From: Polyangiales bacterium
GTDB lineage: Bacteria > Myxococcota_A > Polyangia > Polyangiales > Ga0077539
Assembly: GCA_044229975.1 (NCBI GenBank)
Contig: JBGARZ010000025.1
Location: 1-64,000, forward strand
Direction of reading: 5' to 3'
DNA: 64,000 bases
Shown: piece by piece, positions 56,945 to 64,000 of the stretch
Numbering within the stretch: position 1 is the stretch's first letter
Layout: each line of letters opens with the position of its first letter
Translations under genes and position numbers: made by a program
The notes under the pieces: model-generated
The model's input: only the letters and a program-made list of their open reading frames with translations
Databases searched by the model: none
What the model was told of the DNA's origin: nothing

Positions 56945-58389
56945 GCTCTCCAGCGCACCGCGCTCTGCGTCTTCTTGCATTGCTGCTCTTCGCGACCCTC
57001 GTCGGGGCGTGTTCGCGCCGTGAGTCCCCAGCACCTGCTGCTCGGGCCGCGGCGCCGACGGCGTCGGCACAGACGTTCCACGGCGGTCCGGCGGCCCACC
57101 CCAACGATTGGTGCGGCGGTCACGGCGTGCCGGAGTCCGAATGCACGCGCTGCAACCCGGAGCTGATCCCGCAGTTCCAGGCGCGCCACGACTGGTGCGG
57201 CGAGCACAACGTCCCCGAGTCGCAGTGCGCCGCGTGCCACCCTGAGCTGCTGCGCCAGGGCGTCGCGGCACCGCGGCCACGCGGCGCGCCTGCGCAACCC
57301 GGTGAGCACGGCGATCGCACCCCCACCGGTGACGCCAGCGTGGGGCTCGCTCCCGGGACGACGGTGCGCCTCGCCTCGCCGGAGGTCGCCGCGCGGGTCG
57401 GTGTCGAGACGGTGACGGCCGCGAACCGGCCGCTCGCCGATGAGGTCTCGGTGCCCGCGCGTCTCGCCTTCGACCCGACGCGCCTCGCGCGGGTTTCCGC
57501 GCGCGTTCCGGGCGTCGTGCGCGCGATGGCTGTGGGCGTCGGCGACGTCGTGCGCCCGGGCGACCTCTTGCTCTCGCTCGACAGCGCGACGGCCGCCGCG
57601 ACGCGCGCCGAGGTCGGGGCCGCCCAGACCCGCGCGCGCACCGCCGAAGCCGCGCTCCAACGCTCGCGTGCCCTCCAGGGCGAGGGGGTCGGGAGCCGCG
57701 CGGACGTGGAGCGCGCGGAGACCGAGCTCGCCGCCGCGCGGGCGTCGCTCACCAGCTTCGTGGCTGCGGGGACGGCTGTCAGCGGGACCGGTCGGGCCGT
57801 GCGGGTGCTCTCACCGCGCGCGGGGGTCGTCGTCGCGCGCAGCGCGTCCGTGGGCCAGCAGGTGACCGCTGAGGAGGTCCTCGTCGAGGTCGCCGACCTC
57901 TCGCGGATGTGGGCCCTCCTCGACGTGCCCGACGCCCAGGCGCCGCGGCTCGGCGTCGGCCAGGCCGTGACCATCGAGCTCGACGGCTTCGCCGCGCCGC
58001 TCGTCGGGACGATCGCATTCCTCGCTCCGATGGTCGATCCGCACACGCGCACCGTCGAGGCCCGCGTCGAGCTCCCCAATCCCGACGGCCGCCTGCGCGC
58101 CAACGCCTTCGGGCGCGCGCGGGTCACGGTCGCAGTTGCCACGAACGGCGTGGTGCTGCCACGCGACGCACTCCAGCGGGTCGAGGCAGAGGACGTCGTG
58201 TTCGTGGAGCGCTCGCCCGCCGTCTACGAGGCTCGCGTGGTGGCCGTCGCTCGCCGCACCGCCGACGAGGTGTTGCTGCGAGAGGGCGTCGCGCCCGGCG
58301 ATCGGGTGGTCACCACCGGTGGCTTTCAGTTGAAGACCGAGATCCTGCGCGGGAGCATCGGCGCGGGCTGCTGCGACGACGAAGGCTGA
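56941..58389 (+). CDS. czcB: RND membrane-fusion protein (CzcB-like), lipoprotein
   Basis: Lipobox LVGAC, biotinyl-like/helical hairpin, ADLSRMW, TRTVEAR; duplicated Cys/His motif at the N-terminus. Confidence 0.88.
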   Translation: MSSPAHRALRLLALLLFATLVGACSRRESPAPAARAAAPTASAQTFHGGPAAHPNDWCGGHGVPESECTRCNPELIPQFQARHDWCGEHNVPESQCAACHPELLRQGVAAPRPRGAPAQPGEHGDRTPTGDASVGLAPGTTVRLASPEVAARVGVETVTAANRPLADEVSVPARLAFDPTRLARVSARVPGVVRAMAVGVGDVVRPGDLLLSLDSATAAATRAEVGAAQTRARTAEAALQRSRALQGEGVGSRADVERAETELAAARASLTSFVAAGTAVSGTGRAVRVLSPRAGVVVARSASVGQQVTAEEVLVEVADLSRMWALLDVPDAQAPRLGVGQAVTIELDGFAAPLVGTIAFLAPMVDPHTRTVEARVELPNPDGRLRANAFGRARVTVAVATNGVVLPRDALQRVEAEDVVFVERSPAVYEARVVAVARRTADEVLLREGVAPGDRVVTTGGFQLKTEILRGSIGAGCCDDEG

Positions 58390-58396
58390 GGCCGCG

Positions 58397-61300
58397 GTGC
58401 TCGGCTCGCTGATCGCGCTCTCGCTGCGGCACCGGTTCGCGGTGCTGGCCCTCACGGCGGCGATGGCTGCCCTGGGCGTGTGGTCGCTGCGCGACCTGCC
58501 CATCGACGCGTTCCCAGACACGACGCCGGTGCAGGTGCAGGTCAACACCGTGGCGCCCGCCCTCGGCCCCGAAGAGATCGAGCGCCTGGTGACCTTCCCT
58601 GTCGAGCAGTCGCTCTCGGGGCTGCCAGGGCTGGTCGAGGTCCGCTCGCTGTCGCGCTTCGGTCTTTCGCAGGTGACGGCCCTCTTCGAAGACGGCACCG
58701 ACCTCTACCGCGCGCGCCAGGTCGTGGGCGAACGCATGGCCACCGCGCGGCTACCCGAGCGCCTCGGGCCACCCGCGCTCGGTCCCGCGGCGACGGGCCT
58801 TGGCGAGGTCTTTCACTACCTCGTGACGGGGCGGGGGAAGTCGCTCGCGGAGCTGCGCACCGTCCACGACTGGATCCTCCGACCGCAACTGCGCTCGGTG
58901 CGCGGGGTCGCCGAGGTGAACACCTGGGGCGGCGAGGAACGGCGCGTGGAGGTCCGCGTCGATCCGGTCGAGCTTCGGCGTCGCGGCCTCGCGCTGCACG
59001 ACGTGGCCGAGGCGCTGCGGCGCAGCCACGGCAGCGAGGGCGGCGGCCGACTCCACCAGTCGGGCGAGGCGACGCTCGTGCAGGGCGTGGCGCTGCTGAC
59101 CACGCTCGCAGACGTCGAGGGCGTCGTGATCGGCGCGGAGGCCGGCGTGCCCATCCGCGTGCGGGACGTTGCGCGCGTCGTCGAGGGCGCCGAGGTGCGA
59201 CGTGGCGCCGTGACGTCGCAGGGGCAGGGCGAGGCCGTGCTGGGCCTGGGGTTCATGCTGCTCGGCGAGAACAGCCGCGAGGTGAGCGCTGCCCTGCGCG
59301 CGCGGCTGGAGGCGGCCCGCGCGTCGCTGCCACCGGGCATCGACGTCGAGGTGGTCTACGACCGGCGCACGCTCGTGGACGAGGTGCTCACCACGGTGCG
59401 CACCAACCTGCTGGAGGGCGCTTTGCTGGTCGTCCTCGTGCTCTTCGCCTTCCTGGGCAACGTGCGCGGCGGGCTCGTGGTCGCCTCGGTGATCCCGCTG
59501 GCGATGCTCTTCGCGTTCACGGCGATGCGCGTGACGGGCGTGTCGGGGAGCCTGATGAGCCTCGGCGCGATCGACTTCGGCCTCGTCGTGGATAGCGCCA
59601 TCATCGCCGTCGAGAACGCCGCTCGGCGCCTCCACGAAGACCGTGGACGCCGCCCGGTCGTGGACGTCGTGCGCGAGGCGTCGCTGGAGGTGCGCGGCCC
59701 GACGCTCTTCGGCGAGCTCGTCATCGCCATCGTGTACCTGCCGGTGCTCGCGATGGCGGGCCTGGAGGGCAAGCTGTTCCGCCCGATGGCGCTCACGGTG
59801 CTCTTCGCGCTCGCCGCCTCGATGGTGCTCTCGCTCACCTACGTGCCGGTGATGACGAGCCTCGTGTTCCGGCGCGGCCTTCGCGACGAGGAGCCACGGC
59901 TCGTCGCGTGGCTCCATCGCATCTATCGGCCTGTTGTCGAGATGGCGCTGCGCCGCCGCGGATGGGTGGTCGTGCTGGCGGTGCTGCTCGTGGCCAACGG
60001 AGCGCTGCTCGCGACGCGGCTCGGCGCCGAGTTCGTACCGCGGCTTTCGGAGGGCACGGTCGTGGTCAACACCGTGCGCCTCGCCAGCGTCGATCTCGAC
60101 GAGTCCGTTCGCTACGGCACGCAGATCGAGCGGGCGTTGCTCGCGGCCTTCCCTGACGAGATCCAACGGATCTGGACCCGCACCGGAACCGCGGAGGTCG
60201 CCACCGATCCGATGGGCGTGGAGCTCTCGGACGTCTTCGTCACGCTCCGCCCGCGTGCCCGGTGGCGTCGTGCCCGCTCGCAGGACGAACTCGTGCGGGC
60301 GATGCAATCCGCGCTGCGCGACATGCCCGGCATGCGGACGATCTTCACGCAGCCGATCGAGATGCGCGTCAACGAGATGGTCGCGGGCATCCGCGCCGAC
60401 CTCGGCATCAAGATCTTCGGCGATGACCTCGATGAGCTCCGCGCGGCCGCGCGCCGTGTGGACGCGATCGTGCGAACCATCCCAGGCAGCGCCGACGTCT
60501 CGGTCGAACAGGTGACCGGACTGCCGGTGCTGAGGGTTGAGCTCGACCAGGCGGCCGCGTCGCGCTTCGGCATCCCCGCCGAGACGGTGCTCGCCACGGT
60601 CGCCGCGCTCGCCGGGGTGGAGGTCGCCGAACTGCGCGAAGGCCAGCGACGCTTCCCGGTGTCGCTGCGCATCGAGCCCGCGCGCGCGGTGGACGCCGAG
60701 GCCATCGGCGCCCTGCTGGTGGCTGCCCCAAATGGCACGCAGGTTCCGCTGTCGCAGCTCGCGAGGCTCCGCACCGAGGCCGGCCCTTCGACCATCCAGC
60801 GGGAGTGGGCGCGTCGTCGCATCACGGTGCAGACCAACGTGCGCGACCGCGACATCGCTTCGTTCGTCGTCGAGGCCCAGCGCCGCATCGCTGCCGAGGC
60901 CCGGCTCGCGCCCGGCTACTCAGTGACCTACGGCGGTCAGTTCGAGCACTTGGAGCGCGCGCGCCACCGGCTGCTGTTCGTGGTGCCGCTCGCGTTGATG
61001 TTGGTGTTCTCGCTGCTGTACCTGACCTACGGGCGTGTGCTCGACGCGATGCGGGTGTTCACCGGCGTGCCCTTCGCGGCGCTCGGTGGCGTCGTGGCGC
61101 TGTGGCTGCGGGAGCTGCCGTTCTCGATCTCGGCGGCGGTGGGCTTCATCGCCGTGAGTGGCGTCGCCGTGCTGGGCGACATGGTGTTGGCCTCGACGAT
61201 CCGTCGCGCGCTCGATGCGGGTGTCGAGGTGCGGGAGGCCATTCGCGCGTCGGCGATGGAACGCCTGCGGCCGGTGCTGATGACGGCGCTCGTCGCGGGC

Positions 61301-61495
61301 CTGGGGTTCCTGCCGATGGCGCTCAGCCGAGGCATTGGCGCTGAGGTGCAACGACCGCTGGCGACGGTGGTGCTTGGAGGACTCGTGTCCTCGACGCTTC
61401 TCACCCTCGTCGTGCTGCCGGCGCTCTACTCCTTCCTCACCCGACCCACCGGAGGCGCGACGGACGGTGCCCAAGAGGCGACCCATGATGGCTGA
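58397..61495 (+). CDS. czcA: CusA/CzcA heavy-metal RND efflux pump
   Basis: LPIDAFPD, SLGAIDFGLVVD, EGKLFRPMA, RLRPVLMTA, AEVQRPLATVV. Confidence 0.95.
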   Translation: MLGSLIALSLRHRFAVLALTAAMAALGVWSLRDLPIDAFPDTTPVQVQVNTVAPALGPEEIERLVTFPVEQSLSGLPGLVEVRSLSRFGLSQVTALFEDGTDLYRARQVVGERMATARLPERLGPPALGPAATGLGEVFHYLVTGRGKSLAELRTVHDWILRPQLRSVRGVAEVNTWGGEERRVEVRVDPVELRRRGLALHDVAEALRRSHGSEGGGRLHQSGEATLVQGVALLTTLADVEGVVIGAEAGVPIRVRDVARVVEGAEVRRGAVTSQGQGEAVLGLGFMLLGENSREVSAALRARLEAARASLPPGIDVEVVYDRRTLVDEVLTTVRTNLLEGALLVVLVLFAFLGNVRGGLVVASVIPLAMLFAFTAMRVTGVSGSLMSLGAIDFGLVVDSAIIAVENAARRLHEDRGRRPVVDVVREASLEVRGPTLFGELVIAIVYLPVLAMAGLEGKLFRPMALTVLFALAASMVLSLTYVPVMTSLVFRRGLRDEEPRLVAWLHRIYRPVVEMALRRRGWVVVLAVLLVANGALLATRLGAEFVPRLSEGTVVVNTVRLASVDLDESVRYGTQIERALLAAFPDEIQRIWTRTGTAEVATDPMGVELSDVFVTLRPRARWRRARSQDELVRAMQSALRDMPGMRTIFTQPIEMRVNEMVAGIRADLGIKIFGDDLDELRAAARRVDAIVRTIPGSADVSVEQVTGLPVLRVELDQAAASRFGIPAETVLATVAALAGVEVAELREGQRRFPVSLRIEPARAVDAEAIGALLVAAPNGTQVPLSQLARLRTEAGPSTIQREWARRRITVQTNVRDRDIASFVVEAQRRIAAEARLAPGYSVTYGGQFEHLERARHRLLFVVPLALMLVFSLLYLTYGRVLDAMRVFTGVPFAALGGVVALWLRELPFSISAAVGFIAVSGVAVLGDMVLASTIRRALDAGVEVREAIRASAMERLRPVLMTALVAGLGFLPMALSRGIGAEVQRPLATVVLGGLVSSTLLTLVVLPALYSFLTRPTGGATDGAQEATHDG

Positions 61496-62744
61496 CCGTT
61501 GCAGGCGCCAAGAGGGCTGCCATGGCGCCTTCCTGGGCCTCCTCCTCGCGGTCCTCTTGATCCTCGCGCCTCGCCTCGCGACCGCGCAGGAGACGGTAAC
61601 CCTCGATCGAGCGGGGGTTGTCGCCCTGGCGCGGTTGCGGGCGCCGGGCGTCACGACCGCGACGGTCCGAGTCGGTGAGGCGCGCGCTCTCCATGTTGGT
61701 GCGCGCTCTCTCGCCTCCGAGAACCCGTCCATCACCCTCCGTGCGGGGCCGCGCTTCATCCGGGGCGATGACCCACTGCTCGACGTGAACCTCTCGATCC
61801 TCTGGCCCTTCGACGTCTCGGGGAGCCGCGGTGCGCGCTCGTCCCTGGCGGACGCCGCGACGGAAGCCGCTGAGGCCGAGGTCACGGACGCGCAGCGTCT
61901 CGCCGTGGCACGAGCCCTCGACCTGTGGGTGCGCACCGCGGGCGCGTTGGAGCGGGTGCGCCTAGCCGAGGCGCGAGCTGCGCTCGACGGGGCGCTCGTC
62001 CAGAGCGCGCGCTCGCGGCGCGACGCGGGCTCTGGCAACGACCTCGATGTGGCGCTCACCGTCGTCGAGCAGGCCGACAGCGCCGCACGGGTGCAGGCCG
62101 CGCGGGCGGAGCACGAGGCCCTCCTCGCGACGCTGAGAGGAGAGCTGGGCCTCGCCGCCGAGACAGAGGTCGCGCTCGCGGGCAGCCTGGAGGCGGCCGA
62201 CCCACCTCCTTTGCTGGAGCTCCTCGCACGTTTGCCGCGCCGATCCGACATCGCGGGCGCGGCCCTCGCTGTGCGTGCCGCGCAGGCAGACGCGCGCCTC
62301 CAGAGCCGCCTCGGGGTGCCAGTGCCGCGCCTCTCCCTCCAGGGCGGACGTGAGAACGAGTTCTTCGCCCAGGGGGGCGTGGAGGTGCCGCTGCCGATCT
62401 ACCAACGCAACCAGACGGCCACCGCCGTTGCGGGGGCTCGGGTCGCCACGCGGCAGGCGGAACGGGTCGCCACGCTCGCCCGGGCCGAGGCCGAACTGCG
62501 CGCCGCCTACGCGACCTACCAGGGCTTCCGTGTGGCGCTCGCGACGCTGCGCGCCGCCGACGAGGCTGTAGACCTCGCAGAGCATCTCGCGACCCGCGCG
62601 TACGAGTTGGGGCAGCGCGATCTGGCGAGTGCGCTCGTGGCCCGTCGCACGGCGGCCGAGGCCCGGCTGCGGCGTCTGGAGGTGAGCATCGACCTCGCCC
62701 GCGCTCAGGTCGCCGTCGATCAGGCCGCGGGTCGATCGCCTTGA
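61485..62744 (+). CDS. czcC: TolC-family outer membrane efflux protein (CzcC-like)
   Basis: Signal peptide, two helical OEP repeats, VPLPIYQRNQ. Confidence 0.85.
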   Translation: MMADRCRRQEGCHGAFLGLLLAVLLILAPRLATAQETVTLDRAGVVALARLRAPGVTTATVRVGEARALHVGARSLASENPSITLRAGPRFIRGDDPLLDVNLSILWPFDVSGSRGARSSLADAATEAAEAEVTDAQRLAVARALDLWVRTAGALERVRLAEARAALDGALVQSARSRRDAGSGNDLDVALTVVEQADSAARVQAARAEHEALLATLRGELGLAAETEVALAGSLEAADPPPLLELLARLPRRSDIAGAALAVRAAQADARLQSRLGVPVPRLSLQGGRENEFFAQGGVEVPLPIYQRNQTATAVAGARVATRQAERVATLARAEAELRAAYATYQGFRVALATLRAADEAVDLAEHLATRAYELGQRDLASALVARRTAAEARLRRLEVSIDLARAQVAVDQAAGRSP

Positions 62745-63922
62745 CCGCCGGCCAACCGGTCGGCTCTCGCCCGACGCTTCGCCGAGCGTTGGCGCGCGCG
62801 TCGCTCGTGACGCTCTTGTGCGCCTGCGAGGGAACTCCTCCCTCTCACGACGACCCCCGCGTCTCGTTCCGGGCGGCGATCATGGGCGCGCCTGGCGGCT
62901 CATTTCTCAGCGTCTGGGGGGACCCGCGCGAGCGTCGCGCGTTCCTGGCAGGCGGTTTCGTCGGGGTCGATCCCGCGCTCGTGCGTGGTGGCGCGGCGGG
63001 TCGCCTCGTCGAGTATCGCTGGCCAGGTCGGTTCATCACCCGCTGCACGACCGACCGCGCGCTCTGGTGGGTGTCGGGTGTCGAGGACGCGACGGGCGCG
63101 CTCATCCTGTGGGCGGTCGGCGACGGCGGGCGCGTGCTGCGGATGCAAGACGACCGGTGCGAGCTCTTGGCGACGGGGCTCCCCGTGGCCGATGTGGAGC
63201 CGACGTACTGGGGCGTCCTCGCGCGGGCGCCGGATGACGTGTGGATCGTGGGAGGCTCCGTCCGACCGGACGGTCCCCACGGCATCCTGCTGCACGGCGA
63301 TGGATCCTCCTGGCGACAGGAGCGGCTCCCCGAAGCAGCTCGCGCGCAGAACCTCTACAAGATCGCGGCGGACGGGGACACGCTCTACGCCGTGGGCTCC
63401 GGCGGGTTGGTCCTTCGACGCAACGTCGGCACTGGCGAGTGGGAGCGGCTCGACGTCGTGCTCCCCACCAGCGACGACCGCCTCTTTACGGTCTCGTGTG
63501 CGGGCGGGGCATGTTTCGCGGTCGGTGGCAGCAACGCGGGCCTCGTACTGACCGGCGGCGACAGGGGCTGGAGCGCCCTCGCGTCGGTGGGCGACGCGTC
63601 GCTCGACGTCCTGCCTGGGCTGAGCGGCGTGTGGGCACGCGGGGCGGACGACGTGCTCCTGGTGGGCGCCAACGGCGCCACGTTGCACTTCGGTGGCGGA
63701 GGCATCCGTGGGCCCGCCCGCTCGCTCACGGCGGCGACCCTCCACGGGGTGGGCGGGTTCGGTGAGGTGGCGCTCGCCGTAGGTGGTGAGCTCTCCAACG
63801 CGACGGTGTCGCAGCGCGGGGTGATCCTGGTGCTGGGCGACCCCGAGCCCGACATCACGCTCGACGGCAGGCTCTACACGACGGGCGCGGTGCAGGGATC
63901 GCGACCAGGCGGTGGGCAGTAG
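62741..63922 (+). CDS. beta-propeller-like lipoprotein
   Basis: Lipobox LCAC; repeated VWG/WAVGDGG/YAVGSGG blades; coupled to czcC. Confidence 0.7.
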   Translation: MTAGQPVGSRPTLRRALARASLVTLLCACEGTPPSHDDPRVSFRAAIMGAPGGSFLSVWGDPRERRAFLAGGFVGVDPALVRGGAAGRLVEYRWPGRFITRCTTDRALWWVSGVEDATGALILWAVGDGGRVLRMQDDRCELLATGLPVADVEPTYWGVLARAPDDVWIVGGSVRPDGPHGILLHGDGSSWRQERLPEAARAQNLYKIAADGDTLYAVGSGGLVLRRNVGTGEWERLDVVLPTSDDRLFTVSCAGGACFAVGGSNAGLVLTGGDRGWSALASVGDASLDVLPGLSGVWARGADDVLLVGANGATLHFGGGGIRGPARSLTAATLHGVGGFGEVALAVGGELSNATVSQRGVILVLGDPEPDITLDGRLYTTGAVQGSRPGGGQ

Positions 63923-64000
63923 GGCGTCTGCGGGACGCTTCTGTGAGGGGCCTGCGTCGTCGCGCGCCTATGACCGGGCCGCTGCATTGCGCAGATCCGA

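Overview
High-GC bacterial DNA; the Cys-rich lipoproteins, many sigma54 systems and gene style suggest a Myxococcota-like host (inference). The window is entirely accessory-type DNA in four blocks. (1) 1-5.4 kb: hypothetical and HTH genes, short tandem repeats and a possible tRNA-3'-end att remnant. (2) 5.5-26.9 kb: a defence island with a complete class I DISARM system in the order drmA-drmB-drmC-drmD...drmMI. Three tightly coupled extra genes sit between drmD and drmMI: an ABC/AAA_21 (DUF3696-type) ATPase, a TOPRIM-like partner and a DUF262 (GmrSD-like) protein. Four orphan genes follow. (3) 27-46 kb: a LysR/MFS/oxidoreductase unit, a sigma54 two-component locus with two paralogous kinases, and a persulfide-detoxification cluster. 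Four putative sigma54 promoters there each follow a pair of 13-bp CGGA-N5-TCCG boxes. (4) 46-64 kb: arsenic (arsM, aquaglyceroporin, arsC, arsH, Cys-rich MarR) and heavy-metal (MerR, P1B-ATPase, ArsR/SmtB, CzcBAC-like) resistance genes. No complete tRNA, rRNA, CRISPR array or integrase was seen. All family calls come from motifs read by eye; no database searches were run.
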